From Candidatus Thorarchaeota archaeon (lineage in GTDB: Archaea; Asgardarchaeota; Thorarchaeia; Thorarchaeales; Thorarchaeaceae): a DNA stretch of 64,000 nt. The notes under the pieces are model-generated. The model was not told where the DNA came from. It made no database searches and was given only the letters and a program-made list of their open reading frames with translations. The translations under genes were made by a program, and so were the position numbers. Below are positions 51,916 through 61,819 of this stretch, one piece after another. The stretch is taken from assembly GCA_963726195.1 (NCBI GenBank), contig CAVSBO010000010.1:32001-96000 (forward strand), given 5' to 3'. The first letter of the stretch is position 1. Every line of letters starts with the position of its first letter.

Positions 51916-51962
51916 GTTCTCATGGCCTCCATCGCCCGTTCGGCCCAATCAGACAGCTTCAT
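51912..51962 (-). pseudogene. tnpA: Collapsed IS607 tnpA mini-ORF MKLSDWAERAMEAMRT
   Basis: MKLSDWA resembles the IS607 TnpA N-terminus, joined to a C-terminus-like ERAMEAM; ATGA overlap with tnpB. Confidence 0.7.
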
Positions 51963-52015
51963 GTTATCATGTGCCTGTATGTGGTACTGACTAGTATTAA
52001 GCCCCCTTGACTGTT

Positions 52016-53693
52016 TCAACCCTCCCTCTTGCGCTTGTATTCCAAGGCCGCCTTCAGAAAGGCTACGTATAGAGGATGTGCATTACCCGGTCTCGACTTG
52101 AACTCTGGATGATATTGGACTCCAATCCAGAACGGATGCCGCTTCAGTTCGACTGCATTTATTATCTTCCCGGTCCTATCGTAAGCTGAAATGACCATGC
52201 CTGCATCTTTCATCTTGTGCACATACCTATCAATAAGATGAAACCTATGCCTGAATCTTTCTCGCGTTTCAGTGACGCCATAGATGCTGTGTAGACGAGT
52301 CCCCTCGACAATTCTGATTTCTTGCCCCCCGAGCCTCATGGTACCGCCCTTTTCATCGGTCTGCTTCTGATCATCAAGTAAGTCTACAACTGGATAGAGA
52401 CTGTCAGGGTCAACTTCTGTCGTGTGTGCACCTTGCCAGCCCATTCGTCTTCTTGCGAAAGCTACAATTCCTAGCTGCAGCTCCATAGCAGATTCCGAGA
52501 AATGGAATACCGTCTTCAAAGGCCACCGTGGCTGCATTAATCATTCCTTCTACTCCGCGAGAACCAAACCCGGGTGTCAGAAGTATACCATCGACGTGAT
52601 TAAGGTCTTCTCGCAGACAGTCTTCACTGCATCTCACGTCGGTCTCAATCCATCTTATGTCGACTTTCGCCCCGCACTGTGCGCCAGCATGTAGAAGAGC
52701 CTCATTGATGCTCTTGTATGAGTCGCTCAAAGCAGTGTACTTTCCTGGCATGGCTACTACTACGTTGTCAGTACAACTATCGAAAGCATGGACTATCTGC
52801 TGCCACGAACTAGTTTCGGGCTCACGCGGTTCTAGCCCGAGCAACCTGACGAGGGTATTGCCCAGGCCTTGCTCTTCGAAGGACAAGGGCAATTGATAAA
52901 CTACCGGGATGTCTGGATTTGAAATGACTCGATCCTCGGGAACGTTACAGAATAATGCGATTTTTCCTCGTGCTGAGTCCTGTAGTTTCTGTTCAGCTCT
53001 GCATACTATAATGTCGGGTTGAAGACCTGATCCTTGAAGAGTGCGGACGCTGTGTTGTGTTGGCTTGGTCTTGAATTCACCAACAGCAGCAATGTAAGGT
53101 ACAAGAGTCACATGCACGAGAACAGCTCTTTCCGGTCCAACTTCGCGAATCAGCTGCCTTACCGCCTCTAGGAATGGCATCGCCTCGATGTCACCCACTG
53201 TACCTCCAACTTCCACGAGTAACACATCTGGTTCAGGCTCCTCGTTGGCAACGTCCCATATCCTGCTCTTGATGCAGTCTGTCACATGTGGGATGATCTG
53301 TACAGTGTGGCCCAAGAAACTCCCTTTTCTCTCTCCTAAGATTACCGAGACGTAGATTTGTCCCGATGTTATGTTATGAGACGGATGGATGTCCATGTCC
53401 GTGAATCGTTCATAGGTTCCGAAGTCTTGGTCGATTTCGGTAATCTTGAACTCGAAACCTTCAACAGGTTTGAATACCCAAGTCTTGTCGGTGACAAATA
53501 CCTCACCATGCTCAACAGGGTTGAGCGTCCCAGGGTCAACGTTGAGGTAAGGATCGATCTTGATTATTTGAATCGTGTACCCCCGAAACTGAAGTATCTT
53601 GGCGATTGATGCTGTGGTTACACCCTTTCCGATGCCGGACACAACACCTCCCGTTACAAATACAAATCTCGTGTTATGTTGTTTAGTGTTCAA
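52016..53693 (-). CDS. pyrG: CTP synthase (frameshift near 52485)
   Basis: [45 protein letters not shown]. Confidence 0.95.
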
Positions 53694-53805
53694 GTGTAAC
53701 TCCTCGACAAACCGTTTAAGCAGGGCCCATTTTACAGTTCGAGCAAGGCAATCATTTGAAGTAGTAAAAAGGTATTCGCTCAGTTGAGTGGACTAACTTG
53801 CTTAT

Positions 53806-54387
53806 CTAGGCCAAAGGGGGTATCAGGACGCCTGCACGCAGAGCTTCTCTGAACAGCAAGTAGAATGCCTCCATGATGTTAAGACCTTCCTTGGCTATGC
53901 TCTTGAACACTGGGACTGAGGATGGAAGTCGTAGAGCGGAACGTATCTTTTCTTCAGAGACTGCTTCGGGCAAATCCTGCTTGTTGAGACAGACAACTAC
54001 TGGCAGAGGACGCTCCTCTCCTGCAATCACAGTCATCAGCTCGTTCCAGCTGGAAACATCTTCATTCAATAGATGCTCTTGGGAATCTGCAACAAACACG
54101 ACTCCATCTGCTCCTACGAGTACGACCTCTCTCGTCGACCTGTAGAAGTCTTGCCCGGTGGCGGACCAGACATGTGCATTGACGGTCCAGTTGTTAGCTA
54201 ACGAAAACGGAATCGTGCCAAAGTCGCAGAACATCGTTCTTCCAACGGTGTTCTCTACTGACATAAGGCGGTCTGTGCATCCAAGCCTCGAAAAGAGCCA
54301 TCTTATTGCTGTGGTCTTCCCGCTCATCGCGGGACCAAAGAATACAAGTTTTACGCCCAGAGACCTGTTTCCATAGTCGACTATCAT
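53806..54387 (-). CDS. Small GTPase, MglA/Arf-like
   Basis: KLVFFGPAMSGKTT, RTMFCDF, SATGQ..Y, GADGVVFVADS, NKQD. Confidence 0.88.
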   Translation of the reverse strand: MIVDYGNRSLGVKLVFFGPAMSGKTTAIRWLFSRLGCTDRLMSVENTVGRTMFCDFGTIPFSLANNWTVNAHVWSATGQDFYRSTREVVLVGADGVVFVADSQEHLLNEDVSSWNELMTVIAGEERPLPVVVCLNKQDLPEAVSEEKIRSALRLPSSVPVFKSIAKEGLNIMEAFYLLFREALRAGVLIPPLA

Positions 54388-54407
54388 GCTTCTTCCAACC
54401 CCTGATT

Positions 54408-55329
54408 CTAAGTACCCCACATACTGTCAACGTAAGCGCCCAAGCCCGAAATTGCACCACTCTTTATGCAATCTGAAAAGTCTTCATGCCACTCGGCACT
54501 GATGAATAGCGCTAGGTCAGGTATCTCTCCCGTCTCCCAACCAATCGCCTCATAGAGATTCCTCTCAGTCAGTGTTGTGAGCGCCCCAAGATCCCTAGCC
54601 AATCGTATCCTTGAGAGAATCATGACTGCCCGGCGTGCGGCATGAACGTAGCTGTTAATCTCCTCCTCGAACACATCTCGAGTCAGCTTCACTGCTTCGT
54701 CGTCCAGTTTGAGAACTTCCTCTATAATCTGCTCAGAGACCCTGAGATCTCGCAACGATTTGCCCAGAAGACGTCTAATGCGCTCCAAGGATTGGCTCTT
54801 TCGGGTGAGTATCTTGGCAACGATTCGCTTCTCGACTTCCAGACTTAGTGTGTTGGGCTTGGCAAGCGAGAATGCCATGGAGGAAGGCGATGTGACTCTG
54901 AGTATACCGCAGTTGCCTGATGCGTGTTGGACTTTGGTTATCATTGCCGAGAGTGTATCCTCATTGACGTGAAGCCCCGGTATGCCTGTCCCCATCGGCA
55001 CAGCTACTATCCATCCTGTGAAGCGTGTGACTCGGTCCGAAAGGAGCCCGAAACTCAGCTGACAGGGAGCAAGCGACTGTCCGTACAACCTCATAATCAT
55101 GCTTTTCCTCATCCAAGACAGACTGGATCTCGCTCTCCGAGGTGAAGTCGCGCCAGAAAATCATCTTGTGGCGATGCGGGCATAGCAATGTGAGACTGTC
55201 AGCAAGCTCGTCCACAACCTCAACGTCCACCCCTGCCACAAGAATGGGAGTTCTGCTCAGCACGGAGTTAAGAAGCAGCGGAAAACCGTTGCCCATTAGT
55301 TCGATTATCTGCATGACTGGATAGGTCAT
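54408..55329 (-). CDS. Hypothetical protein, possibly DENN/folliculin-C-like (frameshift near 55055)
   Basis: LLNSVLSRTPILVAGVDVEVVDELADSLTLLCP pattern; coupled to the roadblock gene. Confidence 0.5.
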
Positions 55330-56270
55330 GTTTCCCGCCTCGCAACAACAAAACTCTCTGAGCGATCCGATAGCAGCAATTCCTTTAGATCCTCTGGAAT
55401 TGAGGGTCTCGTGACTGGAGCTGACTCCAACACTCTGCGAGTTTCCTCAATGTAGTGTTTCAGCAGCAACCTGATGAGCCCAAGTTTCTGGCTATCGCGA
55501 TCCACCCACAGGCTGAATACACCATTGGGAATAGAATAGATGAAGTGACGAATGCGACCGGTCTCACAAAGCACATTTTCCAAAGTGCTATTCCGGAGAG
55601 TTTTAACAACCCTCTCAGAAGCATCGTATAGGGCAAAGGACATTGCGGCTAGCCTGTCGTTTGTAAAACCATCGAGCGAAACTCGAACACCGCCGCTTAG
55701 AGCCAGAAAGACGGATTCGACATCGCTAACGCTGTCATAAACCTGCCTTAGGATTGTTCTCAGGGTAAGAGCTTGAGATTGATCCAGCGATATTATGGTC
55801 CGAGTTGTTGCATAGGAAGCTTTGCCTTTCTCTGCAACTGAAAAACCAGAGAGAACCCTTTCGGTTTCGTCGTCACTGTATGAGCGGAGCGGAGGCAGAT
55901 GCCTGTCTGCACGCTGCCTCAGAAGGAATGACACACGGGACAGGTTGTCCTTCATTTCGATGAACAGCGCTGCAAGATTGACTCTTGGTGCTGTTGTGAC
56001 TGCCAGAAAGTAATCAGGATCGTCAGGTAAAGATGCAAGGAATATCTTGGAAGTTTCTGATTCCATCAGGAGATACTTGAAGTCGCTGTGTATGAGTTTC
56101 GCTACACCAAATATGGCGCAAGTGGATGAAGCGACAGCGAAGACCTCTTCTTTGCTGAACCACACTCCTGCACTAGCCACTGGCAGTCCATCCTTTTGTA
56201 TGAGAACGACGTTCTCGACTCCTGCAATCATCTTGATGTTGTGCAGTGTTTCATTAAGGTCTTCGTCCAA
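55326..56270 (-). CDS. Tandem roadblock/LC7 (MglB-like) domain protein
   Basis: GVENVVLIQKDGLPVAS and VESVFLALSGGVRVS..LAAMS..KLGLIRL repeats. Confidence 0.85.
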   Translation of the reverse strand: MDEDLNETLHNIKMIAGVENVVLIQKDGLPVASAGVWFSKEEVFAVASSTCAIFGVAKLIHSDFKYLLMESETSKIFLASLPDDPDYFLAVTTAPRVNLAALFIEMKDNLSRVSFLLRQRADRHLPPLRSYSDDETERVLSGFSVAEKGKASYATTRTIISLDQSQALTLRTILRQVYDSVSDVESVFLALSGGVRVSLDGFTNDRLAAMSFALYDASERVVKTLRNSTLENVLCETGRIRHFIYSIPNGVFSLWVDRDSQKLGLIRLLLKHYIEETRRVLESAPVTRPSIPEDLKELLLSDRSESFVVARRET

Positions 56271-56428
56271 CGACTCAGCTCCCAGCGTATTTCAGTTCAA
56301 GGTGGATTTCCGGCGTACACTATATAATCTCCACACAGCATTTAGCTAAAATGCCAGCGGAAATCCAGCTCTTGCAGGACAGACCGGATGTGCGCGAATC
56401 CAGAATTCGAGAAGACTCGCCGCGATTC

Positions 56429-57745
56429 TCACATGTGGATTAGTGCCGCCTCGGGCACCTCTTGGAATATCTCGCGGGCCGCTCGACCTACTTCTACGCG
56501 ATGCTGACTTGTCGTGTACACTCGAATGACATCAAGGTATACTTTCATCATCTGTCCGATGTTGGAATACTCGGAGAGATTATGATACACCTTCTTGCCG
56601 TCGATCACCTCAAAGATGCCAATTTCCATCGGGCTTAGCTGTTGGGGATCATATGGAACTGAAGGCAGAGTCGGGACGTCAACTATCACATCGTCTTGAG
56701 GGACTCCTGCACTTGCTGCAATCTCCTCTTGGATGCTCTCCCTGACTTTTAGTTTGGCAAGAGTCTTGGAAACAAACCGATCTTGAGTATGCAGAACCTT
56801 TTCAAATGCGGATTTGTACAAGACGCGCGCATCCAGCAAATCAACCATCTTGAGTGCGTCCTTGGATTCGCTCGACTCGGATCCCTTTAGATTCCTTATC
56901 CCTGCAATCACCGAAAGGTCATCCAACTTCAGAAACTCATCGGTATTCGAGAAACTGGTAAAACCTAAGGTAGAATCAGCGGCGTTCATCAGCCTTACTA
57001 ACATGACTTCGACACTGCGGACAGTCTTATGGTAGTAGACGTTAAGGAACATCTCATACCTTGCCACCAGAAATGACTCCAATGCTCCACGTGCTGCAAT
57101 ATCAAAATGCATGGAGGATTCGCTAGAAACCTGCAGGCTGTTAATCAAACGGTAGACATCTACGAGACCGTAATTGACGCCACAGTAGAATGAGTCCCGT
57201 ACCAAGTAGTCCATTTTGTCTGCATCGACTTGCCCAGCTACAATTCCCGCAAGCACCGTGTCTGTTGCTTTGATACGACGACCGCGTACCAAGTTCGCCA
57301 CACGGTCCTTGGATATTCCTCCGTCCTCAAGGATATCACCAATTACGCTCTCGCGAATCACCCATTCAGTCACATCCTCATGGTTCAGACCTCTTCGCTC
57401 TAGCAGTATTTCTTCGAAGACATGGCTGAAAGGGCCGTGGCCAATATCATGAAGCAGTGCTGCAATCCGCACTTCCTGAAGCGAATCCTCAAGACCCAGC
57501 TGAGGAAGCAATCGCTCGCCCATTAGGCCTGCCAAGAACATCGTGCCCATACAATGGCCGAACCTGCTGTGCACGCCAGTGGGGTAGACATAGTGTCCTC
57601 CAGAAAGCTGTTTGATCCTTCTGAGTCTCTGGTAAGGTTCAGAGTCAACAATCTTGGCTTCGAGATCAGTGAGACCTATGAAACCGTGGATGGGATCATT
57701 AATCTCTGTCATGAATTCTAATTTGCTCAAGTCAATCACACTCAT
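56429..57745 (-). CDS. HD-domain dNTP triphosphohydrolase-like (SAMHD1-like)
   Basis: DPIHG, QRLRRIKQL, H.RF.H, LLHDIGHGPFSH, DADKMDYL.RD. Confidence 0.9.
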   Translation of the reverse strand: MSVIDLSKLEFMTEINDPIHGFIGLTDLEAKIVDSEPYQRLRRIKQLSGGHYVYPTGVHSRFGHCMGTMFLAGLMGERLLPQLGLEDSLQEVRIAALLHDIGHGPFSHVFEEILLERRGLNHEDVTEWVIRESVIGDILEDGGISKDRVANLVRGRRIKATDTVLAGIVAGQVDADKMDYLVRDSFYCGVNYGLVDVYRLINSLQVSSESSMHFDIAARGALESFLVARYEMFLNVYYHKTVRSVEVMLVRLMNAADSTLGFTSFSNTDEFLKLDDLSVIAGIRNLKGSESSESKDALKMVDLLDARVLYKSAFEKVLHTQDRFVSKTLAKLKVRESIQEEIAASAGVPQDDVIVDVPTLPSVPYDPQQLSPMEIGIFEVIDGKKVYHNLSEYSNIGQMMKVYLDVIRVYTTSQHRVEVGRAAREIFQEVPEAALIHM

Positions 57746-58488
57746 TCTGCATGCGGATTGAATGATCTAAGATCACGAACCAAGTCCTCGGGGGACTTGT
57801 GTTGAGACAGACATAACGGCAGATGAATGCTCTCCGCAATCATTACGGCGAGTGAATCCAAGTCCTTCACACCTTGGAGCACGACAACAGCTGGCTTGAC
57901 AGCAGCAGAGGTGCCCATCTGGCTCGCCTTTATTGCGACCATAGGTGAGCGCCCTGTCGATACGTTGGTGAGGATTGCTGCTCTCTGAGTTGTTCCTCCA
58001 TAGAGACGTAGCAGCTGCTGTGGAGTCAACGAAACTATCGCTTTCACGCTATCTAGGGCAGTGTAACCATATATGTCTCGGTCAAGCAAACTCGCATGTG
58101 TCAGTACCTCGCAGCCTAGATGATCTACCAACAGCCTCGCCGGAATTGGCATTCCAAACTCGCGACTATCCAATATGGCGTCCGATGCAATTTCCGGTGC
58201 CACGAGTTTCTCGAGCGCGACCGCTACCCGGCCTCCATTTGTTGCGTCTATCTCGATGAGGCCTTCGACAAACCGTCGTATGGTCTCGACGCGCGGAGAC
58301 TTTCTTCTGCCACTTTCATAATCACTTATGACGGACGGAGAGACCTCAAGATGCTTGGCAAGATACTTCTGGGAAATCTGAAAGCGTTCGCGCCATCTCT
58401 TCATGACTGCGCCCGGATCGCTCTCGGCAAGGCATATCTCACCTGCCATTGCCTCTGCGAGTCTTTGAAGGGCTTCAGTCTGATTCAT
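57742..58488 (-). CDS. XRE-type HTH regulator (COG1709-like)
   Basis: AGEI......G..MKRWR..F, SVISDYESGRRKSP, STGRSPMVA. Confidence 0.88.
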   Translation of the reverse strand: MNQTEALQRLAEAMAGEICLAESDPGAVMKRWRERFQISQKYLAKHLEVSPSVISDYESGRRKSPRVETIRRFVEGLIEIDATNGGRVAVALEKLVAPEIASDAILDSREFGMPIPARLLVDHLGCEVLTHASLLDRDIYGYTALDSVKAIVSLTPQQLLRLYGGTTQRAAILTNVSTGRSPMVAIKASQMGTSAAVKPAVVVLQGVKDLDSLAVMIAESIHLPLCLSQHKSPEDLVRDLRSFNPHAE

Positions 58489-58719
58489 ATGAAAACTGCT
58501 CGTAGGTCGACAGATAAGAATTGCGCGAAAGCCGATTGAGTCATCGACGACTGACGAGTTGTACTGTCTAGGACCAAGCCGAACCGCGCTACATGAAAAT
58601 GAACGCCCAGCATTCAAGCCGAGTGGTGAAAGCCCCAGACTTGGTGCCTAGCAAAGCACCAAGAAGCATGTGCTCAAAGTAATAAGCGGCAACTAAAGTG
58701 GTCTATTGCGGTTGGGCTG

Positions 58720-59490
58720 ATGTTCTATTCATTCATCGTTGGAACAGCGGGCTCCGGCAAGTCTCTACTGGCAGCCTCTCTGGAAAAGTGGCTTACTGCA
58801 TCGGACCTGAAAGTCGCGGTGGTCAATCTGGACCCTGGTGTCGAAGACCCGCCATATACATGCGATGTCGACATCCGTGAATATGTTGACTATGCCGAAG
58901 TCATGAAGGAATATAGCCTAGGGCCAAATGGTGCGCTTGTTGCGAGTCTGGATATGGCAGTAAGCTATGCCAACGAAATCAGAACTGAAATTGTTGATGC
59001 GGGAGCACAGTACGTATTGGTTGACTGCCCCGGCCAAATGGAGCTCTTTGCATACCGCAACTCTGGACCACTGATGGTGACAACCCTCAAGGGAGAAGAA
59101 CCTGCGCTCTCCATCTATCTTCTTGATTCTAATATTGCTCATACTCCTAACGGCTATCTTGCATCAATGTTGCTTGGTGTGTCGATTAGCATAAGATTCG
59201 GACTTCCGCAGCTCAATGTTCTCAGCAAACAAGACATACTAAAAGAAGACCAAATCCAAGAGATAGTCGACTGGTCGACCGACTCGTATCTGTTGGAGGA
59301 AGCTCTCGATAGTTCCGAAAGCGGTATGCTGCGCGAATACTCAGGATCGGTACTGAGAATGCTGGAGGACTTCGGAGGAGGGACGAGTGTAATACCAGTA
59401 TCAGCCAAACAGATGTCAGGATTGGAGGTACTCTATGGCGAGATGCAGAGAATCTTCGCGGGAGGAGAAGACTACGTTGCAGACTGGTAG
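58720..59490 (+). CDS. GPN-loop GTPase
   Basis: GTAGSGKS, NLDPG, LGPNGAL, DCPGQMELF. Confidence 0.93.
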   Translation: MFYSFIVGTAGSGKSLLAASLEKWLTASDLKVAVVNLDPGVEDPPYTCDVDIREYVDYAEVMKEYSLGPNGALVASLDMAVSYANEIRTEIVDAGAQYVLVDCPGQMELFAYRNSGPLMVTTLKGEEPALSIYLLDSNIAHTPNGYLASMLLGVSISIRFGLPQLNVLSKQDILKEDQIQEIVDWSTDSYLLEEALDSSESGMLREYSGSVLRMLEDFGGGTSVIPVSAKQMSGLEVLYGEMQRIFAGGEDYVADW

Positions 59491-59499
59491 GGATTCCTC

Positions 59500-60525
59500 T
59501 TGAAGGAATACTTCGCACTCGTTTCTGGAGAGAACATTGAGTTAGCACAAGCGGAAGTGACTGCCCTCATTCGTGCCTCCACAGTGGACCCAAACATCTC
59601 CTGGCTCGGGCGACTGGGCATGATGTTTTCGACTTCAGACCCGGTTCCTTTTCTTTTGGGCAGGGCAGCTCTGCTCAAGGAGGCAGGCGAGATTCTGATG
59701 AAATCAAAAAGCCTCAGCAACCTAGTCCGCGGCAAATTCCTAGATGCGACCTGGAAGTCGATAGAGCCAAGCAGCAGTTTCTGCATCAGGGTCTGCAACC
59801 TTGCCCATGAAAAACAGAAGGAATATCCAGAAACTGCGGTCCGTCAGCTCGGAGAGAGAATCCGGGGTGTCACTGGAGCGCATGTTTCCATGAAAGCTGC
59901 CGACGTGAGGATCCTACTCATAATAGCGGCTGAAGGGGTCTTCGTGTGCAAGTCCGTTGAATCAGAAACTAGGCACTCACTGAGAGGCAGAGGACCGGAC
60001 CGGATGCGTTTTTTTCATCCATCGATGATGAATGCATTCTTGGCAAGAGCCATGTGCAATCTTGCCGGCGTAATGCCAAGTGACATAGTCCTTGACCCAT
60101 TTTGTGGTGGAGGAGGAATACTCCATGAGATCCTGTCAATAGGAGCCAAGCCTGTCGGAATCGATCTTAACTGGCCGCTGTTGACCGGGGCAGGCAAGAA
60201 CCTAGCAGACTCTCAAGGCAGCGATTTCTGTCTTGTCCAAGGAGATGCAAGATTCATGCCCGTACGTAGATGCAACTGCATTGTGACAGACCCTCCGTAC
60301 GGCAGATCGAGTTCCACACGAGGAAGTCAATCCATCAAGCTGGTCAGATCCCTACTGGAGCAGGCAGGCAGCATTCTGCAACCGGGAGGGAGAATGTGCA
60401 TATGTGCTAGTAGCGAGATGAATATCTCACAGCTGATTGCTGTCTTTGGCATGATCCCCGTTTTCCATGTTCGGGTACCTGTTCATAGTGGTCTAACTCG
60501 GGAGATCTTTGTCCTTGCATTCTAA
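59500..60525 (+). CDS. THUMP-domain tRNA m2G10 methyltransferase (Trm11/TrmG10-like)
   Basis: FFHPSM, LDPFCG.GG, TDPPYGRSS, VHSGL.R. Confidence 0.88.
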   Translation: MKEYFALVSGENIELAQAEVTALIRASTVDPNISWLGRLGMMFSTSDPVPFLLGRAALLKEAGEILMKSKSLSNLVRGKFLDATWKSIEPSSSFCIRVCNLAHEKQKEYPETAVRQLGERIRGVTGAHVSMKAADVRILLIIAAEGVFVCKSVESETRHSLRGRGPDRMRFFHPSMMNAFLARAMCNLAGVMPSDIVLDPFCGGGGILHEILSIGAKPVGIDLNWPLLTGAGKNLADSQGSDFCLVQGDARFMPVRRCNCIVTDPPYGRSSSTRGSQSIKLVRSLLEQAGSILQPGGRMCICASSEMNISQLIAVFGMIPVFHVRVPVHSGLTREIFVLAF

Positions 60526-60595
60526 TACATACTTACATCTGCAGCACGGAAAGCCTAGCAATGTCGCCAGCGTTGAACAGAGAATTCTGCCGAAC

Positions 60596-61027
60596 TCAAT
60601 CTTGGCCTGGGATTATGTGACCGTTTTCAGTGCGAGGAGTAATCCATGTTATGAACCGGTTGAACTCAGTGCTGCTGTTGAATTGCATTGAGACTTCGAT
60701 GTATCCAAGCGACGGGGTTTCTTCCGAATCGTCAATTATCCGAACACGCCCAAGGAATGCAGCCTGCTTGTCAATGCATAGACGCGTTCCGGTTCCATCC
60801 CAGTTCGATTGGAGTCTTGTCCGTGCGGCATCAATTATCCGGAGTTCTTGAATTCGCTGCCCGAGCCGTTCAAGGGATTTCGCTTCACTGAAAGTAGTTT
60901 CGAGTTCTAGGTATCCCTCATGCTGGACGATCTTGCAATTGCCATCGCCCAGTACGCTCCTTATTGCCTGCTCAACTCTTCCTTGATCCTCTGTCGGATA
61001 GGCTCTTGCCCTTGCGACCCCCTGCAT
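60596..61027 (-). CDS. UPF0201/DUF54 family protein
   Basis: YPTED..RV, I.DAAR, KQAAF.G, W..P.T..G. Confidence 0.82.
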   Translation of the reverse strand: MQGVARARAYPTEDQGRVEQAIRSVLGDGNCKIVQHEGYLELETTFSEAKSLERLGQRIQELRIIDAARTRLQSNWDGTGTRLCIDKQAAFLGRVRIIDDSEETPSLGYIEVSMQFNSSTEFNRFITWITPRTENGHIIPGQD

Positions 61028-61568
61028 CTCTCTGAAACCTCGCGCAAATCGTTCTTGCGGCTTTACGCAAATCCTCGATAGAGCCTTCGTTAGTCAGCAT
61101 AATGTTGCTCAATGCGATTATTCCACCAAGGCCAACGGAAATCTCGCGAAGATCGCGTTCCCTGAATGTGGACCATTCTGGAGGGGCGTCATCGCGAGCA
61201 CGTTGCCGCAGCCGGGCGAATCTTGTTGACGGAGAAGAATGAATGCAGAGCACGGTGACCGGCTCGGCGTATTGTTCGAACACTTCAAGTTCGGCAATGC
61301 TCCTGCATCCTTCAATGACGACTGTTTCTGAGGTCATGGCCCTCAGCTCATCCAAACAACGGCGGGCAACAGCCGCAGGCCCCTCACGTTCTCGCAAATC
61401 CAGCATTACTGCTCCCGTGTTGGCAGGATTAGGGTCAAGACCCCTTTTCTTGAGTTCTTCGCGAACGATATCACCCATGGCGATTACGGGAAAGCCTGCT
61501 TCTCTCAGCACTTGAGCAACTTCGCTCTTTCCGGCCCCCGGCATTCCTGTGATTATGATAAGCCTCAT
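60972..61568 (-). CDS. UPF0200 nucleotide kinase (dephospho-CoA kinase-like)
   Basis: GMPGAGKS, MGDIVRE, EG.RS..E, RD.RE..VG.G. Confidence 0.85.
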   Translation of the reverse strand: MRLIIITGMPGAGKSEVAQVLREAGFPVIAMGDIVREELKKRGLDPNPANTGAVMLDLREREGPAAVARRCLDELRAMTSETVVIEGCRSIAELEVFEQYAEPVTVLCIHSSPSTRFARLRQRARDDAPPEWSTFRERDLREISVGLGGIIALSNIMLTNEGSIEDLRKAARTICARFQRDAGGRKGKSLSDRGSRKS

Positions 61569-61819
61569 GGATTTGTACCAGCCTCGCCTAACCAGACCAC
61601 GGTGCTCTCAGACCTCGTCGTCTTACAGTTCAACTCATGGGATTCGAAATTATACTGCATGTCTTCGGCCGCGGCATTCGCTCAAACTTCTTGATGCCGT
61701 AGCAGAGCCGCTTGAATCATCGATTTGGCTCCTCCTTTAAACGTCTTCGTTGCAGTCTCTGCTCCGCTAGAATAATAACGACGACGTACATTTGTCTTCA
61801 AGACGCCGAGGTGTGGCAA

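Larger units (their letters stand above)
50702..52005 (-). mobile_element. IS607-family non-autonomous tnpB element, copy 2
   Basis: Ends GG-GGCTTAATA ... GGACAAC-GG shared with copy 1; removal restores nurA in frame. Confidence 0.87.

Noticed and set aside
44120-52500. Programmed frameshifting in kae1 or pyrG
   Set aside because: No shared slippery motif; the indels are scattered like assembly errors
58526-58560. GAAA...GTC...CTGACGA resembling a hammerhead ribozyme core
   Set aside because: Stems I-III do not form; the base after GAAA cannot pair with the base before the UH
61565-61722. Short - strand reading frame after GGAGG with an in-frame TGA (MIQAALLRHQEV*ANAAAEDMQY...)
   Set aside because: No recognisable family, redox motif or SECIS; cannot be supported
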